Shown here one piece after another: positions 24,331 to 35,217 of a stretch of DNA of 64,000 nucleotides (positions within the stretch are counted from its first letter, which is position 1; every line of letters starts with the position of its first letter). The stretch spans positions 44,276 through 108,275 of the forward strand of contig JAPMXV010000077.1 in assembly GCA_026936335.1 (NCBI GenBank), given 5' to 3'. Both the position numbers and the translations under genes were made by a program. Under the pieces are notes generated by a model. That model made no database searches. It was not told the origin of the DNA and was given only the letters and a program-made list of their open reading frames with translations. The DNA comes from Mantamonas sphyraenae STR306 (taxonomy: Eukaryota; Protista; CRuMs).

Positions 24331-26454
24331 ATGAGTGAAGGACTGAGCGATGAGGAATGGAGAAATTTGCTGCATGGCGGTGATGAGCAAGCAATCAGTG
24401 AGGCCCTGGAACGTGCTGGCAGAGTAAGTGTGGTTGATTTGAGGGGCATCCCTTCCATGGTGAGGTCATGAGTGGCATCAGACTGGGAAACTGACAGCAC
24501 AATGCAGGAGCTGAACCTCCAACGCAACCAGATCGGGGACGAAGGGGCAGCTGCGTTGGGCACAGCACTGGCACAGAACAGCACATTGAAGGAGCTGCAC
24601 CTCGGTGGCAACGAGATCGGTGTCGAAGGGGCAGCTGCGTTGGGCACAGCACTGGCACAGAACAGCACATTGCAGGGGCTGTACCTCGGTGGCAACAAGA
24701 TCGGCGACGAAGGGGCAGCTGCGTTGGGCACAGCACTGGCACAGAACATCAAATTGAAGGAGCTGGCCCTCGGTGGCAACAAGATCGGCGACGAAGGGGC
24801 AGCTGCGTTGGGCACAGCACTGGCACAGAACATCAAATTGAAGGAGCTGGCCCTCGGTGGCAACAAGATCGGGGACGAAGGGGCAACTGCGTTGGGCACA
24901 GCGCTGGCACAGAACAGGACCTTGCAGGCGCTGGACCTCGGTGGCAACAAGATCGGCGACGAAGGGGCAGCTGCGTTGGGAACGGGACTGGCACAGAACA
25001 GCTCATTGCAGCAGCTGAACCTCAGTTTCAACCAGATCGGTGTCGAGGGAGCAGCTGCGTTGGGAACGGGACTGGCACAAAACAGCACATTGCAGAAGGT
25101 GGACCTCGGAGGCAACCAGATTGGCGCCGAAGGGACAGCTGCGTTGGACACAGCACTGGCACAGAACATCAAATTGAAGGAGCTGGCCCTCAGTGGCAAC
25201 AACATCGGCGACGAAGGGGCAGCTGCGTTGGTCACGGGACTGGCACAAAACAGCACATTGCAGAAGCTGAACCTCAGTCACAACAAGATCGGCGACGAAG
25301 GGGCAGCTGCGTTGGGAACGGGACTGGCACAAAACAGACCATTGCAGAAGCTGGACCTCAGAGGCAACCAGATTGGCGCCGAAGGGGCAGTTGCGTTGGT
25401 CACGGGACTGGCACAGAACAGCTCATTGCAGAAGCTGTACCTCAGTTACAACAAGATCGGCGACGAAGGGGCAGCTGCGTTGGGAACGGGACTGGCACAA
25501 AACAGAACATTGCAGGAGCTGGACCTCGGAGGCAACCAGATTGGCGCCGAAGGGGCAGTTGCGTTGGTCACGGGACTGGCACAGAACAGCACATTGCAAA
25601 AGCTGTACCTCAGTTACAACAAGATCGGCGACGAAGGGGCAGCTGCGTTGGGAACGGGATTGGCACAGAACAGCTCATTGCAGCAGCTGAACCTCAGTTT
25701 CAACCAGATCGGTGTCGAGGGAGCAGCTGCGTTGGGAACGGGACTGGCACAAAACAGCACATTGCAGAAGGTGGACCTCGGAGGCAACCAGATTGGCGCC
25801 GAAGGGACAGCTGCGTTGGGCACAGCACTGGCACAGAACAGAACATTGCAGAAATTGCTGATTCCCTCTATCCCATCGCTGACACGCGACCATCTGGCTC
25901 GCAATACCCAAAAGGCAACTGAATTTGTCAACTCTGTCCGCAATGGTGATTTGGTGACCATGCAAGAACTATTTGCATGGGGCGTCCACGTTGATGCGCT
26001 GGTGGTCGAACGTGCAGCCACCCCGTTGCTGCTCGCTGTTGAAGCAAATCAAGCAAAATCTGCGAGAGTCTTGTTGGAGCATGGTGCCACTGTGACCCCT
26101 GCTGTCAGGGAATGGACGGAGGAAGTGGGCTGGTCACCCCAGTGGCACTTTCTCTGGAGCCCACAGGTGGACAAACGAATGGAGACGGCCATGGTGATGA
26201 ACATGGAGGAGCGGGAAGTGATGTTTGACGCAGGGAGCATGGCTGAGTACGAGCCCACGGCTGAGTGGTGCACCCAGCCAGACGAGGTGTTAACGAGGGT
26301 CATGGGATGGCTGGCACGACTACCTGAGGACCAATCATCGACGTCAGCTGGTGGCAATCAAGCACACAAGCGCCAGCACGACGGCGACGACGACGTAGTC
26401 CACACTACAGGCAACGATACCAGCACGCACGATACCAAACGACATCGTGTGTAG
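24331..26454 (+). CDS. LRR(16 x 28 aa, RI/NLRC3-like)-ankyrin-F-box-like protein 1; probable intron 24424-24507
   Basis: 84-bp repeats encode xLxLxxNxIGDEGAAALGxxLAQNxxLQ. Ankyrin motif: TPLLLAVEANQAKSARVLLEHGA. C-terminus: WSPQWH...QPDEVLTRVMGWL. GTAAGT..ACTGAC..GCAG removes an in-frame TGA. Confidence 0.85.
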
Positions 26455-27070
26455 GCAAAGTCTCCTTGCAAGCGGTCACACCTTGTCTTCTGTGCTCCAT
26501 CCACCAGGAGTGTAGCACATGGCAAGCGTTGGTTGGGATGTGGAAATGTGGCAGTGGTGTGTGGCTGGTGTCGACGACCAGAAAGACGCCGGAAGATTGC
26601 GCGGGGCTCCTGCTGTGCCACAGTACGCACGCAGCAAGGGGAATCCTCCAGGGAGGCAGATGGTATCCTGCAAAGTATGGGAGGGTAACGGGCCAGCAGG
26701 TTTGGCATGTTGTGGTGACACCCGGGGCAGCGGCAACTTCCGCCAGGACCAGTGCCCTGCGCTGCGTGTTTATGCAGATACAACACCAACGAACAGAACC
26801 AAATGGTCATGGGCATGCACACACGAAAACGAGCCCCCGCACATTGTTTGTGGTTGCATCGAGGACGACGCAGCATTTGGGTGGGAATTCCACCCTTGGA
26901 TTGCGACTGCATGCCGGGAAGACCCCGTGGTTGTTGCGATCCCGATGCATGCAGTTTGCCAACACACTGTACTTGATGGTGATTCCACTGGCAAGGATGA
27001 CAGTGGTACAACACAGCACACAAAGAGCAAGAGAGACCACACCACAACCCAACACACCCAAGAGCAAGAG

Positions 27071-27397
27071 ATGAGCACACGCGTTTGCCAGACTTGCCAC
27101 CAGACCACAGACCGAACCCAGGATTGCCGCTATGGCCAGCGATGCCGGTATGGGCCCGAGCGATGCCGGTTCCACCACTGCCACCACCACCACCACCGGT
27201 CACGATGGAGTGGTGAGCACAGCCACCGGACGCAGCCGCAGCAGCAGAGACACACGAAGAAGCAGCGGGAGAAGAAGCAGGAGGCAGGAGACGAGGAGCA
27301 GGCAGAGGGAGCAATGACCGAGCAGCTGATGCAGGTGGTCGTCACCGTCAGCACAGCTGTGGTCACCAGCATCCTCCGATCACGCGGATGGATCTGA
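27071..27397 (+). CDS. 108-aa zinc-module protein with a His/Gln/charged linker and a hydrophobic C-terminal helix
   Basis: MSTRVCQTC...CRYGQRCRYGPERCRFHHC, the same leader as in the RBR and vWA genes. It has a C/A-rich 5' leader and is duplicated at 30807. Confidence 0.65.
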   Translation: MSTRVCQTCHQTTDRTQDCRYGQRCRYGPERCRFHHCHHHHHRSRWSGEHSHRTQPQQQRHTKKQREKKQEAGDEEQAEGAMTEQLMQVVVTVSTAVVTSILRSRGWI

Positions 27398-27661
27398 GCC
27401 AACCTGCCCCCCCCCTGGACGACACACGTGGACGAGGAGAGGAGAAGGAGAGACTGGGAGAGAGAGATGGAAGAGAGAAGTGAGCGGGTGAGATGACATT
27501 CTCTCTTTTTGTCCCTTTCGCTTGTCTCTTGGTTCCCCGCACCACCCCCAATGTGTGACAATGACACCAACCAAGGGATGCAAAAAAGAAAGAACCCACC
27601 CACAGATGTGTGCGTGGGGTGGGGTAGGGTGTGTGTGTGTGTCGGTGCTGGTCATGGTGGA

Positions 27662-27874
27662 TCACCATCCATTGTCTCGGGCCATCCGCTGCAGACCTCG
27701 CACCAGCTGCACTCGGTCATCCCCCGACGCTCGCCCAGGGTCGATGTGGGCGTTGGCCAGAAAGGCACGGTTGCCTCGGGCCAGGTTGGGAGCTCCGTCT
27801 GCGTTGATGGCCATCCACCGGTAGTCACCGCCGGTGGTCCAGACTCGGGCTCGTCGCTGTCGCTCGTTGGGCAT
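27662..27874 (-). CDS. 70-aa microprotein (MPNERQRR...ARDNGW)
   Basis: The two substitutions I can see versus the copy at 31413 are both synonymous in this frame (CGA/CGC, CGT/CGC). It has a C/A-rich leader, and a third diverged copy keeps the start and the GW-stop end. Confidence 0.6.
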   Translation of the reverse strand: MPNERQRRARVWTTGGDYRWMAINADGAPNLARGNRAFLANAHIDPGRASGDDRVQLVRGLQRMARDNGW

Positions 27875-28566
27875 GTTGTGTGTGTTTGCTGTGGGTTGGG
27901 GTTGGGTAAGCGGGGTGCGCTGGTGTCATTGTGGGTCCCATGGTGCCATTTTGTACCCGTCAGGTGCCATCCACATTCTTTTGTGATCGCAGCCATGGCT
28001 TTCTCGGTGTGCAGTTGCCCCTCGACCTCCACCGCCAGAATTCCTGATTCCCACACCCCACCCGCCAGACGATGAAAACTGACACTTGGATGGCATGGTG
28101 TGGTCTCACACGACGCATGTGTTCCATGGAAGCCCATGCATGCGGTTTATTGCATGCCACATGTGCCTGTGCATTGTCCAGGTGGATCGGGTGGGAGGAA
28201 CAAGGAGATGGCTTTGGGCACGACGATGGGGTTCTTGAACGGCCAATTGGGCGCGGTGATAAGTCACAGGATGGCGGGGAACAACAATGGTAACCATTGT
28301 GGATGACCATGGATGAGGGAATATCAGCAGCTGCGGTGCGCAGTGGGGACTACGCTTATCCTTTCACCTGTGGGTTTCATGGTGGGAGGGCTTCATTGAG
28401 AGTTGTGGAGAAAGACACACGCAGAGAGAGAGTGTGTGTGTGTGTTCAGTGACGTACAGGGGGTGGTGAGGTCGGGAAGGGTCATTGTTGTTGGCTAAAA
28501 ACCCTCTCGCGTCACACTTGATCTTGCGCTGCTTGCTCACGCGGCCGACGTACAGACACGTTCAGG

Positions 28567-30063
28567 ATGAGTGAACGATTGAACAGTGAGGAATGGATAA
28601 ATTTGCTGCATGGCGGTGATGAGCAAGCAATCAGTGAAGCCCTGGCAAGTGCTGGCAAAGTAAGTGTGGTGGATTTGAAGGGCATCCCTTCCGTGGCGAG
28701 TTCTTGAGTGGCATCAGACTGGGAAACTGACACCACATTGCAGGAGCTGGACCTCGAGGACATCATGATCGGTGTCGAAGGTGCAGCTGCGTTGGGCACA
28801 GCACTGGCACAGAACAGCACATTGCAGGAACTTAACCTCAAGGAGAACCAGATCGGGAACGCAGGGGCAGTTGCATTGGGAACGGGACTGGCACAGAACA
28901 ACACCTTGCAGGTGCTGCTGCTCGGACGCAACAAGATCGGCGACGAAGGTGCAGCTGCACTAGGCACAGTACTGGCACAGAGCAGCTCATTGCTGTGGCT
29001 GGACCTCAATGACAACCAGATTGGGGACGAAGGCGCAGCCGCGTTGGGCACAGGACTGGTACAGAACAGCAAATTGAAGGAGCTGGTGCTCAGACGCAAC
29101 AATATCGGGAACGCAGGGGCAGCTGCGTTGGCCACAGGACTGGCACAGAACAGAACATTGCAGGGGCTGGTGCTCGGACCCAACAGCATCGGCGACAAAG
29201 GGGCAGCTGCGCTAGGCAGAGTACTGGCACAGAACAGCTCATTGCTGTGGCTGGACCTCTGGAGCAACCAGATTGGTGACGAAGGAGCAGCTGCGTTGGG
29301 TCAAGGACTGGCACAGAACAGCACATTGCAGGAGCTGTGGCTCGGTGGCAACCAGGTCGGGGACAAAGGAACAGCTGCGCTGGCCTCCAATCTGGCACAG
29401 AACTGCACGTTGCAGAAGCTGGGCCTCGAGACCAACCAGATCGGCGACGAAGGGGCAGCTGCGTTGGGTCAAGGACTGGCACAGAACAGCACATTACAGG
29501 GGCTGGATCTCATGAACAACCAGATTGGGGACGAAGGGGCAGCTGCGTTGGGTCAAGGACTGGCACAGAACAGAACATTGCAGGAATTGCGGAGTTCTTT
29601 CTTGATCCCATCTCTGACAAGCAACAATCTGGCTCGCAATACCAAAAAGGCATTTGTCTTTGCTGACTCTGTCTGCGGTGGTGATTTGGTGACCATGCAA
29701 GAACTCCTTGCATGGGGCGTCCACGTTGATGTGCTGGTGGGCGAACGTGCAGCCACCCCGTTGCTGCTCGCTGTTGAAGCATTTCAAGAAAAAGCTGCGA
29801 GAGTCTTGTTGGAGCATGGTGCCACTTTGACCCCTGATGTCAGGGAGTGGATGGATGATGTGGGCTGGTCACCCCAGTGGCACTTTCTTTGGAGCCCACA
29901 GCTGGACAAGCAAATGGAGACGGCCATGGTGATGAACATGGAGGAGCGGGAAGTGATGTTTGGCGCAGGGAGCATGGCTGAGTACGAGCCCACGGCTGAG
30001 TGGTGCACCCAGCCAGACGAGGTGTTAACGAGGGTCATGAGCTGGCTCAGCGCGACTGCCTGA
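28567..30063 (+). CDS. LRR(10 x 28 aa)-ankyrin-F-box-like protein 2; probable intron 28660-28743
   Basis: Paralog of 24331-26454 with a different LRR number and different surface residues. A net +1 change near 30048 removes the basic tail. Confidence 0.85.
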
Positions 30064-30806
30064 GGACCAGTCATCGAAGCCAGCTGGTGGCAATCAAGCA
30101 CGCAAGTGCCAGATCGATGACGACGACGACGTAGTCCACACTACAGGCAGCGATACCAGCACGCACGATACCAAACGGCAGCGTGTGTAGGCAAAGTCTC
30201 CTTGCAAGCGGTCACACCTTGTCTTCTGTGCTCCATCCACCAGGAGTGTAGCACATGGCAAGCGTTGGTTGGGATGTGGAAATGTGGCAGTGGTGTGTGG
30301 CTGGTGTCGACGACCAGAAAGACGCCGGAAGATTGCGCGGGGCTCCTGCTGTGCCACAGTACGCACGCAGCAAGGGGAATCCTCCAGGGAGGCAGATGGT
30401 ATCCTGCAAAGTATGGGAGGGTAACGGGCCAGCAGGTTTGGCATGTTGTGGTGACACCCGGGGCAGCGTCAACTTCTGCCAGGACCAGTGCCCTGCGCTG
30501 CGTGTTTATGCAGATACAACACCAACGAACAGAACCAAATGGTCATGGGCATGCACACACGAAAACGAGCCCCCGCACATTGTTTGTGGTTGCATCGAGG
30601 ACGACGCAGCATTTGGGTGGGAATTCCACCCTTGGATTGCGACTGCATGCCGGGAAGACCCCGTGGTGGTTGCGATCCCGATGCATGCAGTTTGCCAACA
30701 CACTGTACTTGATGGTGATTCCACTGGCAAGAATGACAGTGGTACAACACAGCACACAAAGAGCAAGAGAGACCACACCACAACCCAACACACCCAAGAG
30801 CAAGAG

Positions 30807-31145
30807 ATGAGCACACGCGTTTGCCAGACTTGCCACCAGACCACAGACCGAACCCAGGATTGTCGCTATGGCCAGCGATGCCGGTATGGGCCCGAGCGAT
30901 GCCGGTTCCACCACTGCCACCACCACCACCACCGGCCACGATGGAGTGGTGAGCACAGCCACCGGACGCAGCCGCAGCGGCAGCAGCAGCAGCAGAGACA
31001 CACGAAGAAGCAGCGGGAGAAGAAGCAGGAGGCAGGAGACGAGGAGCAGGCAGAGGGAGCAATGACCGAGCAGCTGATGCAGGTGGTCGTCACCGTCAGC
31101 ACAGCTGTGGTCACCAGCATCCTCCGCTCACGCGGATGGATCTGA
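30807..31145 (+). CDS. 112-aa zinc-module protein, near-identical to 27071-27397
   Basis: Differs mainly by an in-frame 12-nt poly-Q expansion. Confidence 0.65.
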   Translation: MSTRVCQTCHQTTDRTQDCRYGQRCRYGPERCRFHHCHHHHHRPRWSGEHSHRTQPQRQQQQQRHTKKQREKKQEAGDEEQAEGAMTEQLMQVVVTVSTAVVTSILRSRGWI

Positions 31146-31412
31146 GCCAACCTGCCCTCCCTGGACGACACACGTGGACGAGGAGAGGAGAAGGAGAGAC
31201 TGGGAGAGAGATGGAAGAGAGAAAGTGAGGATTCTCTCTTTTTATCCCTTTTGGCTTGTGTCTTGGTTCCCCGCACCACCCCCAATGTGTGGCAATGACA
31301 CCAATCAAGAGATGAAAAAAAAAAGAAAGAACCCACCCACAGATGTGTGCGTGGGGTGGGGTAGGGTGTGGGTGTGGGTGTGGGTGTGTGTGTTGGTGCT
31401 GGTCATGGTGGA

Positions 31413-31625
31413 TCACCATCCATTGTCTCGGGCCATCCGCTGCAGACCTCGCACCAGCTGCACTCGGTCATCCCCCGACGCTCGCCCAGGGTCGATGTGG
31501 GCGTTGGCCAGAAAGGCGCGGTTGCCTCGGGCCAGGTTGGGAGCTCCGTCTGCGTTGATGGCCATCCACCGGTAGTCACCGCCGGTGGTCCAGACTCGGG
31601 CGCGTCGCTGTCGCTCGTTGGGCAT
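31413..31625 (-). CDS. 70-aa microprotein, same protein as 27662-27874
   Basis: Only synonymous differences from the first copy were seen. Confidence 0.6.
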   Translation of the reverse strand: MPNERQRRARVWTTGGDYRWMAINADGAPNLARGNRAFLANAHIDPGRASGDDRVQLVRGLQRMARDNGW

Positions 31626-32178
31626 CTTGTGTGTGTTTGCTGTGGGTTGGGGTTGGGTAAGCGGGGTGCGCTGGTGTCATTGTGGGTCCCATGGTGCCAT
31701 TTTGTACCCGGCAGGTGCCACCCACATGCTTCTGGGATCGCAGCCATGGCTTTCTTGGTGTGCAGTTGCCCATCGACCTCCACCGCCAGAATTCCTGATT
31801 TCCCACACCCCACCCGCCAGTCGACGAAAACGGACACTTAGGTAGCATTGGGTGGTCTCACACGACGCACATGTTCCATGGGAGCCCATTCATGCAGTTC
31901 ATTGCATGACACATGTGTCTGTGCATTGTCCAAGTGGAACGGGTGGGTGGAACAAGAAGATGGCTTTGGCCACGACGATGGGTTTGTAGAACGGTCGTGG
32001 TGGTAGCGGATGCACGTGTGCATGTTGGAATCATGGAATGGTGTGGTTTTGGTGGAACTCGGGTGCAGTCCTCGGAGTCGATCGACTGCACTTCTGGCCA
32101 GTTCCCTTTTGCACGGACGGATTGCGCCGACTCACTCAACACAACTACCATCCACACGACCAACCCATCCAACAAGCG

Positions 32179-33357
32179 ATGAGCACTCGCGTTTGCCAAA
32201 CTTGCCACCAGACAACAGACCGAGCCCAGGATTGCCGCTTTGGCGAGCAATGCCGCTTCGGCCCCGAACGATGCCGCTACCATCACTGCTACCACCGGCG
32301 TGGATGGCGTAGTGAGTGCAAACACCGCAGGGAGCACCAAAGCTACAAGGAGTGGCAGATGGAGCAGCCCTGGCGACGGAAGCAGGATCAGCGAGCACGG
32401 GACAACGAGCGGGAGGCACAGGACACCGAGCAGGCAAGGAAGATCCAGCTGCTGTATGAGGCTCCCAATGGCCGCACCGGTGCCATTCTCCTCACAGAGA
32501 ACAGCACCATCGCCACGCTGCACACATCACTTGCTGACCGCGTGAGGATTCCCGAGGACAGGCTGTGGATGACACACCATGGGAAGCCGCTGCGTCCGTC
32601 GACATCGATATCAATCCACGACTACAACATCGATGAGGGAAGCATCGTCCGCATCATGCTGCGCAACTCGTGGCACCACGAGCCGCATGACACCGAGGAG
32701 ACAGAGACAACCACGACACCGGCAGCCACACAATTCACATGTCCAATCTGCGACGACGACGAGGTCGACCCGTCCACCGAGGCCACGGCGATGGGATGTG
32801 GTCACACGTTCTGCCACCAGTGCTGGTCGAAACACATCGAGGCACGCCTGGGCGAGGCACCCCAGATCCGCTGTCTCGAGAGTGGCTGCGGAATGGTGGT
32901 GGACAGTGGTACGGTCAGCCGTGTGGCAGATCAGGAGCTGTGTGACCGCTACGAGCACATCTGCCTCGGCAAGGCTCTGGACGAGCTGGGATTGCTGTAC
33001 TGCGCCAACACAGAGTGCAGCAACGCCTTTGAGGCCGACGCTGGCGACAGCTACGTCACCTGTGCCGCCTGTGGACACAGCACATGTGTGTCATGTCGTG
33101 CAGCGTGGCACACCGGGATGACATGTGCTGAGGCCAGCGATGCATCGTCCATCCAGGATGTGGCATCCCTGAAGACCATTGCCCAGACGACAAAGGCATG
33201 TCCCGAGTGCAACGAACGCATCGAGAAGAACGGTGGGTGCAAGCACATGACGTGCAAGTGGTGTCAGCACGAGTTCTGCTGGGGCTGTTTGCAGCCATAC
33301 ACACGCACAGCAAGGAGAGGTCTCAGTGTACAATGTCTGGACACGTGTACAGTGTAG
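32179..33357 (+). CDS. Zinc-module-Ubl-RBR E3 ubiquitin ligase
   Basis: Leader: MSTRVCQTC...CRYHHC. Ubl: IQLLYEAPNGRT...IPEDRLWMTHHGKPL...HDYNIDEGSIVRIMLR, with no diGly. RING1: CPIC..CGHTFCHQC..CLESGC. IBR: CANTEC..CAACGHSTCVSCRAAWH..C. RING2: CPEC..IEKNGGCKHMTCKWCQHEFCWGC. Confidence 0.9.
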   Translation: MSTRVCQTCHQTTDRAQDCRFGEQCRFGPERCRYHHCYHRRGWRSECKHRREHQSYKEWQMEQPWRRKQDQRARDNEREAQDTEQARKIQLLYEAPNGRTGAILLTENSTIATLHTSLADRVRIPEDRLWMTHHGKPLRPSTSISIHDYNIDEGSIVRIMLRNSWHHEPHDTEETETTTTPAATQFTCPICDDDEVDPSTEATAMGCGHTFCHQCWSKHIEARLGEAPQIRCLESGCGMVVDSGTVSRVADQELCDRYEHICLGKALDELGLLYCANTECSNAFEADAGDSYVTCAACGHSTCVSCRAAWHTGMTCAEASDASSIQDVASLKTIAQTTKACPECNERIEKNGGCKHMTCKWCQHEFCWGCLQPYTRTARRGLSVQCLDTCTV

Positions 33358-33596
33358 CACAGGAGCAGTGAGGAGGAAATGGTGTGTCTGGCTGCGGATG
33401 GAAGAGAGAATGGAGCGGGTGAGGTGATGCATTCTCTCTTTGTTGTCACTCTTGCTTGTGTCTTGTTCCTCCGCACCCCAATGTGTGGCAATGACCAACC
33501 AAGGTATGAAAAAAGAAAGAACCCACCCACAGATGTGTGCGTGGGGTGGGTTGGGGTGTGTGTGTGTGTGTGTGTGTTGGTGCTGGTCATGGTGGA

Positions 33597-33782
33597 TCAC
33601 CATCCATCCAAGCCGGAGACACGGAAGTCATCCCTCCACACCTCAGACACTCGCCCTGGCCAATGCCCTCGGAAGATGTGAGAATGGGCCAGAGAGGGAA
33701 ATCTGTCTGCGTTGGTGCTCCTGCTCCGGTCTCCACGGCTGGTGGTCCAGGATGGGGCGTGTCGCTGTCGCTGGTTTGGCAT
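33597..33782 (-). CDS. 61-aa microprotein, diverged member of the MPN...GW family
   Basis: MPNQRQRH..WTT...NAD..P.LA...DGW*. The flanks are the same as for the other two copies. Confidence 0.45.
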   Translation of the reverse strand: MPNQRQRHAPSWTTSRGDRSRSTNADRFPSLAHSHIFRGHWPGRVSEVWRDDFRVSGLDGW

Positions 33783-34342
33783 CTTGTGTGTGTTTGCTGT
33801 GGGTTGGGGTTGGGTAAGCGGGGTGCGCTGGTGTCATTGTGGGTCCCATGGTGCCATTTTGTACCCGGCAGGTACCACCCACATGCTTCTGGGATCGCAG
33901 CCATGGCTTTCTCGGTGTGCAGTTGGCCCTCGTCCTCCACCGCCAGAATTCCTGATTCCCCACACCGCACCCGCCAGTTGACGAAAACGGACACTTGGAT
34001 GGCATGGTATGGCCCCACACGTCGCATGTGATCCATGGGAGCCCATGCGTGCGGTTCATGGCATGACACATGTGCCTGTGCATTGTCCAGGTGGATCGAG
34101 TGGGTGGAAGCAGACAAATGTCCCCACCGCCATGTCCCTTTGTGCACCACCACCCTCTCCCCCCTTGACACTGCCTCTGTGCATTGAATACACTGCACAT
34201 GGCGGTCAATCACATGTGCCTGCACACAAGGCTGCACATGCAGTGTGTGTGTGCAGTCGACTGTGCCCAGTTGAACATTAAAAGGATCCAAGCGACCTCC
34301 CGCTGCGACAAACCAACCATCCCAACCCATCCAACCCAATCC

Positions 34343-34501
34343 ATGTGTGTCACCACCCACCACCCAACCACCACCGCCATCCACGCACGCGCAGAGTGCA
34401 TCTGGTGTGGAAACACCTTTTCCACACGAGGCATGGTGTGGACAGGCTTCCACTGGCTCTGCCGGCGGTGCTACGACGACGACGACGCCAGTCCCGGGTA
34501 A
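34343..34501 (+). CDS. 52-aa CxxC...CxxC zinc-finger microprotein
   Basis: ECIWCGNTF...WLCRRCYDDDD with a C/A-rich leader. Degenerate copies lie at ~41542-41680 (inverted) and ~41742-41820 (direct). Confidence 0.4.
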   Translation: MCVTTHHPTTTAIHARAECIWCGNTFSTRGMVWTGFHWLCRRCYDDDDASPG

Positions 34502-35020
34502 GGATCGGTGGGGTGGACACGAGGGGAGGTGAGGAATGCCAATTAAGATAGAGCACAGACACACATACACACATTCTGTCCCTCGTTGCCTCCTCTTGCA
34601 AATCGATCAGGGTGTGAGGGAAGGATGTGATGAAGAGATCAGCCAGCAGCTGCTGAATGGGTCGCTACAGTGTCAATTCTGGAGTGTGCTGCAGAGAGAG
34701 AGTGATGAAAGACACCAGCTTGCACTGCATCCACATCCCACCCCTCCCTTCCTCCCTCCCTCTCCATGCAGGCCAGTGCCACCCCACGAGCGCACACACA
34801 GGGCCATCACCGGTCATTGCACGCAGTGCATGGCGGCATAGACAACAATGGTCGCCTCTCATCGTGTCGCCACCGCATGTGTGCAATGACCGTCTCACAT
34901 GGCCCTGATTCCCGTGCGTCTGTGTGATCACTGGCCCAAACAGGAGGGAGTGGTGGGGTGGGGTGGGGGTCAGTGGGTGTGTGGAGGGGGGGCGTGTTTC
35001 ATCCCCAACCACCGCCCACT
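34425..35020. repeat. Direct repeat left of the NLR (~600 bp; partner ~41742-42322)
   Basis: gaggcatg.tgtggacaggc.tccactggctctgccggc...gaagagatcagccagcagctgctgaatgggtcgct...ggcgtgtttcatccccaaccacc is present at both sites. Confidence 0.85.
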
Positions 35021-35217
35021 CCCTCCTATCTCATCGAGCATCCACTGCCTATACATCTGACGCGTGTGCGGTTCGATTTGCAGCACCATCTGAGCATCCT
35101 CCATGATTGGATCACCACGGGGTGCTTTTCTGCTGACGGCGCTGACCGGTTGGGTTTGTGTGCAGTGACACGAAGGATGCCCCTGCCGACCCAAACAATC
35201 GACACACACGGCTGCAC

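Larger units (their letters stand above)
23715..34105. repeat. Tandem array of related units (~23715-27960, ~27960-31710, ~31710-33870, partial to ~34105)
   Basis: A spacer (gatcgcagccatggctttct.ggtgtgcagttg...ccgccagaattcctgatt) recurs at ~23750, 27985, 31737 and 33893. A 3' block (aaaaagaaagaacccacccacagatgtgtgcgtggggtggg) recurs at ~27585, 31320 and 33510. Confidence 0.9.

Noticed and set aside
24469-24471. Genome-wide TGA reassignment suggested by the conserved in-frame TGA in both LRR genes
   Set aside because: Many genes here end at TGA at sensible positions (e.g. 1760, 18689, 41488), and canonical splice signals bracket this codon. Only local read-through remains possible.
26519-27070. 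184-aa N-terminal extension of the short zinc-leader ORFs (also 30255-30806)
   Set aside because: Family members all start at MSTR after a C/A-rich leader. The extension is conserved only because the duplication is recent.
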